From Candidatus Poribacteria bacterium (GTDB taxonomy: Bacteria; Poribacteria; WGA-4E; PCPOR2b), in contig OZ220744.1 in NCBI GenBank assembly GCA_965116925.1, forward strand, positions 640,001 to 704,000: 64,000 bases of DNA, given 5' to 3'. This document shows, piece by piece, positions 20,254 through 30,848 of the stretch. Under the pieces are notes generated by a model. It did no database searches and was not told where the DNA came from. It was given only the letters and a program-made list of their open reading frames with translations. Both the position numbers and the translations under genes were made by a program. How positions within the stretch are numbered: the first letter of the stretch is position 1; every line of letters begins with the position of its first letter.

Positions 20254-20928
20254 ATGAACTCTCTTAAAGTATCCGACATCTATAAAAACTTTGGTGATGA
20301 AACGCGACCCGTTGAAGTGCTGCGTGGCATTTCGTTTGAAATGGCGCAAGGTGAATCCCTTGCGATCACCGGTCCGTCTGGATCTGGGAAAAGTACGCTG
20401 CTCCACCTTATCGGCACACTAGAGCGACCCTCGTCAGGACGAATTGAGATTAACGATGAAGACCCGTTTGAACTGCCAGAACCGCAACTCGCTAGATTTC
20501 GGAATCAGGGTATCGGTTTTATCTTCCAAGATCACCATCTATTGCCGCAGTATTCGGTCTGGGAGAACGTGCTAATCCCTACTATGGCTTTCAAAAACCG
20601 CGTTGGGGATGCTGAAAAACGTGCGCGAGAACTCCTTGAGCGAGTTGGACTTGCCCATCGTTTGAGCCATCGACCCGCCGAACTCTCCGGCGGCGAACGA
20701 CAACGGGTAGCAGTTGCACGTGCCCTTATCAATCAACCGGGCCTCCTCCTCTGCGATGAACCCACAGGAAATCTCGATCGCTCTACCGCCGATGAGGTCT
20801 CTTCCCTACTATTTGAGCTTCACCAAGCCGAACGGAATATTCTGATTGTGGTGACGCACAGTCTTGAACTCGCATCTCGCTTTGGGCGACGTGTTGAATT
20901 GGAGGCGGGCAGATGCGCCGAAGTTTAA
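20254..20928 (+). CDS. ABC transporter ATP-binding protein (LolD/MacB-like)
   Basis: GPSGSGKST, LSGGERQR, DEPTGNLD, VTH. Confidence 0.93.
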   Translation: MNSLKVSDIYKNFGDETRPVEVLRGISFEMAQGESLAITGPSGSGKSTLLHLIGTLERPSSGRIEINDEDPFELPEPQLARFRNQGIGFIFQDHHLLPQYSVWENVLIPTMAFKNRVGDAEKRARELLERVGLAHRLSHRPAELSGGERQRVAVARALINQPGLLLCDEPTGNLDRSTADEVSSLLFELHQAERNILIVVTHSLELASRFGRRVELEAGRCAEV

Positions 20929-23900
20929 GCTATTTTTGGCGAATTCAGCTTGCTGTGTTGTTTGGTGCTGCGGTAGCAACGGCAGTGCTGACTGGTGCAT
21001 TGCTTGTCGGTGACTCCGTCCGAGGCAGCCTCCGGGATCTCACCTTGGATCGGTTAGGGCGAATCGATTACGCGCTCGTGTCGGAGCGTTTCTTCCGCGA
21101 AGGGTTAGCAACCGATCTGTCGTACAAATTGGAAGGCGAAGCACAATTTCATCGGGAAACAGTGCCAGCAATTCTTCTGAACGGTACCGCGGTCAACCCC
21201 AAGACCAAGGCGCGTGCCTCTCAGGTCCAGATCCAAGGAATTGATGAGCGATTTACAGGTCTGTGGGATGACGCTTCCGGTCAGGACGCTCCCTCTTTGG
21301 AGAACCAGCCGGGACAACTCTTTCCATCGATCTATATCAACCAGTCCCTCCAAAACGAATTAGATATAAAAGTTGGTGAGCAGGTTCTCCTCTCCTTTGA
21401 AAGACACAGTGATGTCCATCGCGAATTTTTGCTCGGTCACCGAGATTCATCGGAGGTTCTTCAAACCCTCCGACTCACTGTCACGAACATCCTGCCGGAT
21501 CGTGGCATCGGCAGCTTTGGCTTGCGTCCTAATCAAAGCCGTCCGTTAAATGCCTACCTCCCTCTGACGGTTTTGCAGAAGGCTCTCGGAAGTGAGACAA
21601 AGGTCAACGCTATTTTTGCCTCTGCAGCATCTCCTAACCTATCCGACCCTACTCCGACTGATGCGCTTCCCGCTTTACAGAATAAGTTGCATCAGGCTTT
21701 GAAGTTAGAAGATCTCGGATTGGTATTGCGCCATGTATCTTCTGATTCTATCGGAGGCGTGGGTTACCTCTCCCTTGAAAGCACACAATTTCTGCTCAAG
21801 CCGGCTATCATTGAAGCTGCCAGAGCCGTTGCGATTGAACGGCGAACGCTGTTTCTACCAATCCTGACCTACCTAGCTAATACCATTGCCGCCAATGAAC
21901 GAACGATTCCCTATTCAACGATTACGGGACTAGATACCCAGCGTGCCTTTTCCCTTGAATTAACAGACGGATCAGCTGCACCTCTGCTCGCTGATGACGA
22001 AATTCTCCTCAACGAATGGGCAGCCATAGATTTGGGCGCAGAGGTTGGAGATGAGATTGATGTGAGTTATTACATTGTGGGTCCGAGAGAAAAATTGTTG
22101 ACACGAGGCGCGCGGTTCCGTTTGAAGGGAGTTGTTGCGATTAAGGGGTTAGCCGCTGATCGGGGATTGACGCCAGATTTTCCGGGGATTCATGAAGCGG
22201 CTGATATGTCCGAATGGAACGCGCCCTTTCCGATAGATCTTAACCGGATTCGTCCCAAAGATGAGGTGTACTGGGATCTTTTCCGTGCGACCCCCAAAGC
22301 GTTTGTATCAGACGGAATAGCACAACAGTTGTGGCGCAGCCGGTTCGGAGATTTAACTGCGGTTCAGATCCGAACAGTTTTTGGGGCCGACCTTCAAACA
22401 ACCCAAACGAACTTTCAGAGACGGCTGTTGGAGAAAATCAGGCCAGCACAGGTCGGGTTGGTGTTCCAACCCGTTAAAGCGAACGGTTTAGCGGCTGCTA
22501 CGGGGGCAACAGATTTTAGCTCTCTCTTTATCGGATTCAGTCTATTTCTCATCGTATCTGCCGCCCTTCTGGTGGGATTGCTTTTTAGACTTGGCGTCGA
22601 ACAACGGAGCAGCGAAATTGGTATTTTACTAACTGCGGGGTATACCATCTCGACCGTCCGGCACCGTTTTATGAAAGAGGGGGGGCTGATCGCTGGAATT
22701 GGGGGCTTGATTGGGTTGGGAGGAGGCGTCCTTTACGCAGGGTTACTGATGGCTGGGTTACGAACGTGGTGGTTGGCAGCGGTGGGAACACCTTTCCTAT
22801 CTTTGCATATCAACCCATTAAGTTTGGTTATAGGATATCTGACTGCGCTTATCGTAGTCCTATTTTCAATCGGTTGGACGGTGCGTCAACTCGGCAAGGT
22901 TCCTATTCCTGCGCTGATCGCGGACGGATTAAGTGCTGGTGGACCCTCCAATCGAAGTTCAGGTGCCGGCATCCAAAGTCGAATCCTTGCCTTTGCTAGT
23001 TTAGGGCTTGCCCTCGCCTTGACGGTATTCGTCCTTATCTCTGAGACTACCGCTTCGGCTGGACTATTTTTCGGTAGCGGGGTACTATTACTGATTGCCG
23101 GATTGGCTTTCTTCTCCATCTGGTTGCGGTCAGGTCGGGGAACGATGAGCTCACCGAGAGTCGCTGTAACAACGCAAATGGGGATTAGAAATAGTGGACG
23201 TCATCCGGGTCGCAGTATGTTATGTGCGGCATTGGTTGGCTGTGCCTGCTTTGTCATCGTTGCGGTGGGGGCGAACCGTCATATTGAGCAAAAACAGGAG
23301 GCCTCTCCACAAAAAGAATCCGGCACCGGCGGGTTTGCTTTGGTCGCTGAATCCGACATTCCGTTACATCATGACCTCAACTCTCAGGATGGACGATTTG
23401 AGTTGGGATTTTCTGAATCCGACTCGGACGCTACAGCTAAGACTCAAATCTTTCCGTTTCGTCTCCTTCCGGGGGAAGATGCAAGTTGCCTCAACCTTTA
23501 TCGTCCCCAAAAACCTCGAATTCTAGGGGCTTCACAGGATTTCATTAAACGAGGTGGATTCCAGTTTCAAGGTGCAACCGCGACGAAGGAGAATCCGTGG
23601 GAGTTACTGCAAGATGAACTGGAACCGGGTGTCATTCCAGCTATTGGGGATTACAATTCAGCTCAATGGATCTTACACCTTGGGCTTGGCGACGAACTGA
23701 GTATCCAAAATGAATCGGGAGAGCGATTAAAACTTCGTTTGGTGGGAGTTTTACAGCGCAGTGTCTTTCAGAGCGAGCTGCTAATCTCCGAAGCCAATTT
23801 CAAGAAACATTTCCCAAGCCAAAGTGGATATGCGTATTTCTTAATTCAGACACCCTCAGCTTCCAATCCTGCGGCATTCTCCGAAAGTACAGAACACATT

Positions 23901-24374
23901 GGGCACACGCTGGAAAGGACGTTGGAAGATTACGGCTTGGATGTCACATCGACAAGTGAAAAGCTAGACAGCTATCGCGCTGTTGAGAATACCTACCTCT
24001 CCACCTTCCAGACGCTCGGTGGGCTTGGACTGCTTCTGGGCACACTCGGTTTGGGGATTGTTCTACTGAGGAACGTCATTGAACGAAGCGGGGAGTTAGC
24101 GACGCTGCGCGCCTTCGGTTTTCGGAGAAATACGCTATCGCTGATGCTCTTGGCGGAAAACGGGTTTCTCCTATTGATCGGGATTCTGATTGGCACCGTT
24201 TCCGCGCTCATCGCTGTGGCACCACACCTGACTACCCCGGGTGCTCAGGCACCTTGGCTCTCACTTGTAATGACGTTGGTTTTAGTATTCTTGGTTGGAA
24301 TGGCTGCCAGCGCGATCGCTGTCTACTTTGCCCTGAGAAGCCCGCTGCTGCCCGCGCTCAAACACGACGCTTGA
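20913..24374 (+). CDS. FtsX-like ABC transporter permease (duplicated MacB/FtsX architecture)
   Basis: Two 'ER..E...L.A.G' FtsX motifs, large periplasmic loops; overlaps the ATPase gene. Confidence 0.88.
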   Translation: MRRSLSYFWRIQLAVLFGAAVATAVLTGALLVGDSVRGSLRDLTLDRLGRIDYALVSERFFREGLATDLSYKLEGEAQFHRETVPAILLNGTAVNPKTKARASQVQIQGIDERFTGLWDDASGQDAPSLENQPGQLFPSIYINQSLQNELDIKVGEQVLLSFERHSDVHREFLLGHRDSSEVLQTLRLTVTNILPDRGIGSFGLRPNQSRPLNAYLPLTVLQKALGSETKVNAIFASAASPNLSDPTPTDALPALQNKLHQALKLEDLGLVLRHVSSDSIGGVGYLSLESTQFLLKPAIIEAARAVAIERRTLFLPILTYLANTIAANERTIPYSTITGLDTQRAFSLELTDGSAAPLLADDEILLNEWAAIDLGAEVGDEIDVSYYIVGPREKLLTRGARFRLKGVVAIKGLAADRGLTPDFPGIHEAADMSEWNAPFPIDLNRIRPKDEVYWDLFRATPKAFVSDGIAQQLWRSRFGDLTAVQIRTVFGADLQTTQTNFQRRLLEKIRPAQVGLVFQPVKANGLAAATGATDFSSLFIGFSLFLIVSAALLVGLLFRLGVEQRSSEIGILLTAGYTISTVRHRFMKEGGLIAGIGGLIGLGGGVLYAGLLMAGLRTWWLAAVGTPFLSLHINPLSLVIGYLTALIVVLFSIGWTVRQLGKVPIPALIADGLSAGGPSNRSSGAGIQSRILAFASLGLALALTVFVLISETTASAGLFFGSGVLLLIAGLAFFSIWLRSGRGTMSSPRVAVTTQMGIRNSGRHPGRSMLCAALVGCACFVIVAVGANRHIEQKQEASPQKESGTGGFALVAESDIPLHHDLNSQDGRFELGFSESDSDATAKTQIFPFRLLPGEDASCLNLYRPQKPRILGASQDFIKRGGFQFQGATATKENPWELLQDELEPGVIPAIGDYNSAQWILHLGLGDELSIQNESGERLKLRLVGVLQRSVFQSELLISEANFKKHFPSQSGYAYFLIQTPSASNPAAFSESTEHIGHTLERTLEDYGLDVTSTSEKLDSYRAVENTYLSTFQTLGGLGLLLGTLGLGIVLLRNVIERSGELATLRAFGFRRNTLSLMLLAENGFLLLIGILIGTVSALIAVAPHLTTPGAQAPWLSLVMTLVLVFLVGMAASAIAVYFALRSPLLPALKHDA

Positions 24375-24385
24375 TCTGTAAACGC

Positions 24386-25129
24386 CTACTCCTCCTGAAC
24401 AACATCGGGTCTGCTGCCGATAGAAGGCGGTAGCAGCATCCGCTTCTGCTGCTCCGTTAGGTTGTCGAATGCATCCAGATCGTAGTAATTGTCCGACCAT
24501 GCTGAGTGCCCAGGGCTATACTTGTAGAGCAGCGATCGACGCTCATGTTTGGCGCGCCACGGCATTGTTCCGTGAATGAGTGCTTCTGTAAAAAAGAGCG
24601 CATCGCCCGCCTCGACTGCCGGCTGAACGACATAGGGTGCGGGACGTTCATAATTGCGGATATCGTCGGGTAGGCTCGACAGAAAATTGGTTTTATGGCT
24701 GCCCGGAACACACGCAAATCCGCCATCGCCTTCTGCTGCATCTGTCAGAAAGTACGTGACGACGCTCAACCCATTGCGCATCACTCCGTCCCAATACTTG
24801 TACCAGTGATCGCCGACAACTTCGGGCCCCCCGTGCAGCCTACCGCTTTGACCACCTTCGGTCATGAAGATGCAGTAGTCATGATCAAGTCTAACCTTGG
24901 GACCCATTAACTCGATTAGGTACGGCAGCACCTTGGGGTGATCTATCAGTTTTTTGAATAGCTCACCCCAGCACGAGACCCGACTTGCGCGGCGGTAACG
25001 GATGTCACCTTCAGGTGGAAAAGCGCGATCAGCGATTTCATTCATCTCCGCAACTTCATCGACGGACAGCACATTCTTGATAATTAGATAGCCTTCAAGA
25101 TCGAAAGTAAATTTTTCTTCACCAGTCAT
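24386..25129 (-). CDS. Phytanoyl-CoA dioxygenase (PhyH) family protein
   Basis: F...GY, VPGSHK, AGD..FF...L.HG. Confidence 0.88.
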   Translation of the reverse strand: MTGEEKFTFDLEGYLIIKNVLSVDEVAEMNEIADRAFPPEGDIRYRRASRVSCWGELFKKLIDHPKVLPYLIELMGPKVRLDHDYCIFMTEGGQSGRLHGGPEVVGDHWYKYWDGVMRNGLSVVTYFLTDAAEGDGGFACVPGSHKTNFLSSLPDDIRNYERPAPYVVQPAVEAGDALFFTEALIHGTMPWRAKHERRSLLYKYSPGHSAWSDNYYDLDAFDNLTEQQKRMLLPPSIGSRPDVVQEE

Positions 25130-25320
25130 AGCGTGACTCCTTGTGTGAAGTGTGGTGTGTCAATACTAATACACGAATTTTTTTCGGGTTGCAGTGTATA
25201 TTACACAGGTCGGTTGTGGTATAATATTCAGGTTTCTACCTAAAACCATAGCATTTGACAAGTCTAACACAAAAAGATATTTCTGTGAAGACGTTTTTTC
25301 TGAAAGGGAGGATGCCAAAC

Positions 25321-28239
25321 ATGTATCGAAGCAGACAGATTTTATTTCAACTCTCTATTTATGCCTTGATTTTTAGTTTAATTGCTTCCACCGGGTGGGC
25401 TGGCTATAAACGGATTAACGAACCGAACCCAGACGATCCGATGGCGGTCGAGATTTATCAGTTGGACAATCGCTTGACCGTCTACCTCACCGAAAACCGT
25501 GAAGAACCACGATTCTACGCGGAGATCTCAGTCCGCGCCGGCAGTAAGCATGATCCCTCAGATGCAACCGGCATCGCTCACTATCTGGAACACATGCTCT
25601 TTAAGGGGACCCAGAATTTCGGCACCCTCGACTACGAAAAGGAGAAGCCACATCTGGATAAGATCACAGATCTCTATGAACAGCACTTCCACGAAATCGA
25701 TCCGGAAAAGCGAAAGGAGATCTATGCTGAGATTAACGAAACCGCGCAACTCGCTACCCAATACGGCATTCCCAATGAACTCGACAAGCTGTACAAAGCG
25801 ATGGGTGGACGCGGGGTAAATGCACATACATGGGTGGAGGAAACCGTCTATAAGGTCGATCTGCCTGCTAACCGTCTGAAACAGTGGGCGGTCATCGAAT
25901 CGGATCGCTTTATTGATCCGGTTTTCCGCCTCTTCCAGACCGAGCTTGAAACCGTGTATGAAGAGAAGAACCGGTCGATGGACAGCAAGGGTCGTATCAT
26001 CAGTGAAGCAGTCAGGGATTTGCTTTATAAAAAGCACCCGTATGGGCAACAAACGACCCTCGGTTCGGTTGAACATCTGAAAAACCCGTCCCTGAAGCAG
26101 ATGTATCAGTTTTACCATACCTACTATGTGCCCAACAACATGGCAATCCATATCTCCGGCGACATTGACTGCGAGGAGACTATCGGTATTATCGACAAAC
26201 ACTTCTCCCGATGGCAACCGAAAGAACTCCCTGAAGCCAAAACATGGACAGAGGAGCCGCTTCAGGGAGCCGAGCGCCTAACGGTCAAATATCAGGGCGA
26301 GGAGTATGTCCTGCTTGCGTTTCGGACAGCTGATCGCAACCATCGTGATGCGGAAGCCTTGAAGCTTCTCGACATGATCTTAGATAACGCCACAGCCGGG
26401 CTAATTAACCTGAACCTCAATCAGGGACAAAATGTCCGCGAGGCGGGTTCCTATCCCTATCTGGACAACGATTATGGCGCGCAATATCTGTGGGGCATCC
26501 CTAAGGATGGGCAGTCTCTTGAAGAGGTTGAAGGACTCCTCCTAGAACAGATTGAACTGATCAAAAAAGGCGAGTTTGAAGAGTGGATTCTTTCGGCGGT
26601 TGTGACCGACTTTAAAAAATCTCAGAAAGCGGATTTGGAGTCGAATCGTGCGCGGGTGAGTATCATGCGTGACTCGTTCCTAGCCTATCAGGATTGGGAT
26701 ACCACAGCGGGGGAAATCTCGCGCATGGAGAAGGTGACCAAACCGGACATTGTGGAGGTAGCGAACCGATATTTTGGCGATGACTATGTGGCGGGCTATC
26801 GTATAGATGAGCAGCACGAAGTCCCCTCTATTGAAAAGCCCGCGCTAGATATAATTGAGATTGATGCCACACGGCAATCCGATTTTGCTAAGGGAGTCTT
26901 GGAAATGTCTGTGGAAGAGATTGAGCCTGTCTTTGTTGATGCCGCGGAAGACTACCAGATTGCCGACTATCACGAAGGTGTCAAACTCTATTACGCTCAA
27001 AACCCGATTAACGATCTCTTTGTCTTCACGATTTCCGTTGATATCGGCAGTCGCCACAATGACAGGTTGGCTATCGCTGCACAACTGCTCGATAAATCTG
27101 GCACGTCAAAATACAGCAGCGAAGACCTAAAGAAAGAGTGGTATAAACTAGGAACCGATTTCAGTCTCAACGTTGGAAACAATGAGACGACTATTTCCAT
27201 TTCAGGGCTTGATGAAAACTTCGGTGCGTCTTTGGCGTTGGCCATGGACTACCTGAAACAGCCCTCTGCCGATGCTGCAACGCTTGAGGAACTCGTCAAA
27301 ATTATCCTTGCCAATAGGGAGGATGCCAAGAAAAATCACCGCAGCATTCGGGGGGCATTAGTTAATTACAACCGTCACGGAAAAGATTCACGCTATCTGC
27401 GGCTGTTGCCCAGCGAAGCGGTTCAAAAATTGACGGTGGACCAACTTCACGCAGAGATTCAAGGGCTCTTGGACTACAAACATACTATCAGCTATACAGG
27501 TTCAATCCCGCTTGATGAAATGGGGGCAACTCTCAAAGCGCATCATCCCATCTCAGGAGCTTTGGTTGCACCACCACCTTACTATTTCCTCAAAACACGC
27601 GTCTCCGAAAAGACCGAGATACTGTTCTTCCACAAAGAAATGGCTCAATCGCAGGTGGATATTGAGTTTGGGGGTGAGAATTACAACGAAGCGAACAATC
27701 CTGCCATCCAACTCTATAACGCTTACTTTGCAGGGGGAATGTCCGGCATCGTCTTCCAAGAACTGCGTGAAGCTCGCGCACTCGCCTATTCCACATTTGC
27801 CAGATATGCGACGGGCAGCCGCAAGGGTGAGCAAAATCTGATGTGGGGATACATCGCCTGCCAAGCAGACAAAACGCCGGAGGCGGTGGAAGCCCTCATT
27901 GATCTCATTGATAACCTACCGGAATCTCCTGAACGATTTGATGAGGCGCGTCAATCCAGAGTCAATCGGTATCGCACGGCAAAAATCGGTTTCCGAGACG
28001 TCATTGGTGCTGTCCGTTCTTGGGAGCGTTTGGAAGTCCCAATTGATCCACGAAAGGCTCGTTATGAGTCGATTCGAGCGTCAAATATGGACCTAATGCT
28101 CCAGTTCCATAAAGCGCACGTTCAAGGACACCCGAAGCTTATCTCCATCGTTGGAGATCGTAACAAGATGGATATGGAAAGGTTGGCAGCGGTGGGTCAG
28201 GTAATAGAAATCGGTTTGGAGGATATCTTCGTTGATTGA
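25321..28239 (+). CDS. M16 (insulinase/pitrilysin) zinc peptidase, exported
   Basis: HYLEHMLFKGT (HxxEH), LRE.RALAYS; signal peptide from ATG 25321. Confidence 0.92.
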   Translation: MYRSRQILFQLSIYALIFSLIASTGWAGYKRINEPNPDDPMAVEIYQLDNRLTVYLTENREEPRFYAEISVRAGSKHDPSDATGIAHYLEHMLFKGTQNFGTLDYEKEKPHLDKITDLYEQHFHEIDPEKRKEIYAEINETAQLATQYGIPNELDKLYKAMGGRGVNAHTWVEETVYKVDLPANRLKQWAVIESDRFIDPVFRLFQTELETVYEEKNRSMDSKGRIISEAVRDLLYKKHPYGQQTTLGSVEHLKNPSLKQMYQFYHTYYVPNNMAIHISGDIDCEETIGIIDKHFSRWQPKELPEAKTWTEEPLQGAERLTVKYQGEEYVLLAFRTADRNHRDAEALKLLDMILDNATAGLINLNLNQGQNVREAGSYPYLDNDYGAQYLWGIPKDGQSLEEVEGLLLEQIELIKKGEFEEWILSAVVTDFKKSQKADLESNRARVSIMRDSFLAYQDWDTTAGEISRMEKVTKPDIVEVANRYFGDDYVAGYRIDEQHEVPSIEKPALDIIEIDATRQSDFAKGVLEMSVEEIEPVFVDAAEDYQIADYHEGVKLYYAQNPINDLFVFTISVDIGSRHNDRLAIAAQLLDKSGTSKYSSEDLKKEWYKLGTDFSLNVGNNETTISISGLDENFGASLALAMDYLKQPSADAATLEELVKIILANREDAKKNHRSIRGALVNYNRHGKDSRYLRLLPSEAVQKLTVDQLHAEIQGLLDYKHTISYTGSIPLDEMGATLKAHHPISGALVAPPPYYFLKTRVSEKTEILFFHKEMAQSQVDIEFGGENYNEANNPAIQLYNAYFAGGMSGIVFQELREARALAYSTFARYATGSRKGEQNLMWGYIACQADKTPEAVEALIDLIDNLPESPERFDEARQSRVNRYRTAKIGFRDVIGAVRSWERLEVPIDPRKARYESIRASNMDLMLQFHKAHVQGHPKLISIVGDRNKMDMERLAAVGQVIEIGLEDIFVD

Positions 28240-28249
28240 ACCTAACTGG

Positions 28250-28348
28250 TTGGGTTCATGGAAAAAGAAAGTGCAAGACACGAAGAGAAACCGAGTTTTT
28301 TCTTGAAAACTCGGTTTCTGTTGCGCGATTTCTGCACATGAGCGACTG
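28250..28348. repeat. MITE family C carrying the AGAAACCGAG...CTCGGTTTCT palindrome (relatives at 38616-38685, 47820-47915, 57004-57037, 11186-11265)
   Basis: 34-bp palindrome at 28286-28319; flanks match the reverse complement of 47820-47915. Confidence 0.75.
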
Positions 28349-28379
28349 GGTGGATTTCTATGACCAACACCTTGATATT

Positions 28380-29639
28380 ATGAACATATATCTAGTTATT
28401 ATATTAACCGCACTGATCGGTGAATTTGCGCTGCGTAGTATTGCGCGCTATCTGAACTTAAAAGCACTGGATCCAAAACTCCCTGATGAATTTGAGGGGT
28501 TTTACGATGGTGAAAAATATCGCCAATCCCAAGAATACACCAGAGCCGGTGCAAAATTTGCCTATGTTTCCTCTACGTTCAATCTGTGCCTGATTTTGGC
28601 TTTCATCTTGGTGGGCGGATTCAACGTTGTGGATGAGTTTGTCCGGGGCTTGGATCTGCCACCGATAGCGACCGGCTTAATTTTCTTCGCGATCCTATAT
28701 TTTGCAAGGGATATTATCTCTATCCCCTTTTCACTCTACAGCGACTTTGTTATTGAAGAAAAGTTCGGCTTCAATAAGATGACGGTCAAGACGTTCGTGT
28801 TGGACCATATCAAGACGTACGCATTGGCAATCGTTTTAGGGGTGCCTCTACTTGGTGGGGTGTTGTACTTCTTTGAAAAAACGGGAAATCTCGCTTGGAT
28901 TTATGCGTGGGGACTGATATCCTGTTTCATCATAATTGCGCCGCCGCTTTTTACCACACTGATCGCGCCGATGTTTAACAAATTTACGCCGTTAGGGGAG
29001 GGTGAGCTTAAAGACGCGATTCAGGAATATACAGCAAAAGTGAAGTTCCCGCTTACAGAGATCTCCATCATGGATGGCTCTAAACGTTCAACGCACTCTA
29101 ACGCGTATCTAAGCGGTTTCGGAGCGAAAAAGCGGATCGCACTTTTTGATACCTTGATCGAGAAGCATTCCGTTGGGGAACTCGTCTCGGTCATTGCGCA
29201 TGAGGTGGGGCATCACAAGAGAAAGCATGTTCTGAAAGGCACGATTTTATCGGTTCTCCATTCAGGGGTGCTACTTTTTCTGCTCTCACGCTTTGTTGAA
29301 AATAGGGTGCTCTTTGATGCTTTTCAGATGGAGCAAACTTCGATCTATGCGGGGATTGTTTTCTTCTCTATTCTTTACACCCCGATTGAACTGGTTCTCT
29401 CTATCGGTCTGAATTATATGTCTCGGAAGCATGAGTATGAAGCCGATGCCTTTGCTGCGGAAACTATCGCCTCTCCAGAACCGCTCATTACCGGGTTGAA
29501 AAACCTATCTGTTTCCAACCTTGGTAATCTAACGCCTCACCCTCTGACTGTCTTTCTCAACTACAGTCACCCGCCGATGCTTCAACGTATCGCAGCGTTA
29601 CGTCGATTCGACAACGGGTCGCACACATTTTTGGACTGA
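28380..29639 (+). CDS. M48 family (Ste24-like) membrane metallopeptidase
   Basis: DGSKRS.HSNAY, AHEVGH (HExxH), EYEAD, SHPP...RI; start at ATG 28380 because the upstream extension is MITE DNA. Confidence 0.92.
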   Translation: MNIYLVIILTALIGEFALRSIARYLNLKALDPKLPDEFEGFYDGEKYRQSQEYTRAGAKFAYVSSTFNLCLILAFILVGGFNVVDEFVRGLDLPPIATGLIFFAILYFARDIISIPFSLYSDFVIEEKFGFNKMTVKTFVLDHIKTYALAIVLGVPLLGGVLYFFEKTGNLAWIYAWGLISCFIIIAPPLFTTLIAPMFNKFTPLGEGELKDAIQEYTAKVKFPLTEISIMDGSKRSTHSNAYLSGFGAKKRIALFDTLIEKHSVGELVSVIAHEVGHHKRKHVLKGTILSVLHSGVLLFLLSRFVENRVLFDAFQMEQTSIYAGIVFFSILYTPIELVLSIGLNYMSRKHEYEADAFAAETIASPEPLITGLKNLSVSNLGNLTPHPLTVFLNYSHPPMLQRIAALRRFDNGSHTFLD

Positions 29640-29640
29640 T

Positions 29641-30696
29641 TTATTGATCCTTCCAGTTCAACGGTACAGACAATTCTTGCGCGAGTATCTCTATATCCGC
29701 TGCCAATTTGGTAGGAATTGGGATACCATGTGCCAGATATTCGGTTCGGCGGCGATAACTGCCCTCGCCGGGCCACTGCGCTTCGCCCTGTTCTTCTGCC
29801 GGCGGTGCGGCCTTCAGGTAGGATTTGAGCGACGCAGTTCTCTCGTTTAACCAGTCTCCGTGAGGCCGTATAGCGATGAAAAGCTTCGAGGAGCCTCCCG
29901 ATGTGTCCGTTGGCCGTCCCTCTATTCCGAGCTCATGGCAGAGCAAGCCACCCGCCAGGCCCGCTGTCAGCAGCTCAATCATGAACGCTAAGCCGGATCC
30001 CTTATGTTCACCCATCGGCAGAAAACGCTGCGACTCGACAATTGCTTCCGGATCCGTTGTTGGCTTCCCTGCTGCATCTAACCCCCAGCCAAGCGGAACG
30101 CGCTGCCCCGCCTCCGCCGCTTCCCGAACCCGGCCGATCGCGGTCTGCGTCATGGCGAGGTCTAGCACAACCGGCTCACCTCCATCCTCCACAGGTACTC
30201 CGATACCCATTGGATTGTTACCCAGAGAAGCTGTAGAAGTTCCCCACGCCGGAAAGTTAATGATTGCGTTGGTGAACGCCAAGCCGATCATGCCGGCGCG
30301 TGCCGCCCGTGCTGCATAACTATATCCACGTCCCCAGTGCGCCACACCCCGGATGGTGACTGCACCGATGCCATAGGTTTCGGCACGTTCTATCGCCATA
30401 TCCATCCCAACGGCAGAAACATAACGCCCGATGCCCCGGTCTGTCTCCGCGAGTACCGAAGCCGGATACTCTGCAAGAACCTTTACTTCCGGATCAGGGT
30501 TCGTCAATCCGGTTTGGATGTTCTCAACCATCACCGGCAATAGTCGAACGCCGTGTGAATGTACGCCGCAGAGATCTACCTCCGCACCAATCTCCGCCTC
30601 CACCTCTGCCACATGCGAAGGCGTACCAACAGCCATCAATGCCTCTTTGAAAAATTGAACGAGTTCACGATGTTCAATTCGCTTTGAATCTGCCAT
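29641..30696 (-). CDS. Ldh_2 family (malate/L-lactate/L-sulfolactate/DpkA-like) oxidoreductase
   Basis: G.HSHG, H.G, GNNP, D.A, G.PTTDP, HKGSGL. Confidence 0.88.
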   Translation of the reverse strand: MADSKRIEHRELVQFFKEALMAVGTPSHVAEVEAEIGAEVDLCGVHSHGVRLLPVMVENIQTGLTNPDPEVKVLAEYPASVLAETDRGIGRYVSAVGMDMAIERAETYGIGAVTIRGVAHWGRGYSYAARAARAGMIGLAFTNAIINFPAWGTSTASLGNNPMGIGVPVEDGGEPVVLDLAMTQTAIGRVREAAEAGQRVPLGWGLDAAGKPTTDPEAIVESQRFLPMGEHKGSGLAFMIELLTAGLAGGLLCHELGIEGRPTDTSGGSSKLFIAIRPHGDWLNERTASLKSYLKAAPPAEEQGEAQWPGEGSYRRRTEYLAHGIPIPTKLAADIEILAQELSVPLNWKDQ

Positions 30697-30848
30697 TATT
30701 GAAAACCTCGGTTTCAGAAATAGTTTGTGTTCAGGGGTGAGAAAGTGCTCATTTGACTCCAACTCAATTTATGCTATAATTGAGATGAAGAATATAGCTG
30801 AAATATTGACCTGTATACGACTTAGACAATGCAGAGGGGGAATCCAGC

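Noticed and set aside
28236..28379. N-terminal extensions of ORFs at 28236, 14141, 34189 and 30762
   Set aside because: They run through MITE, REP or promoter DNA; downstream starts fit the protein families better.
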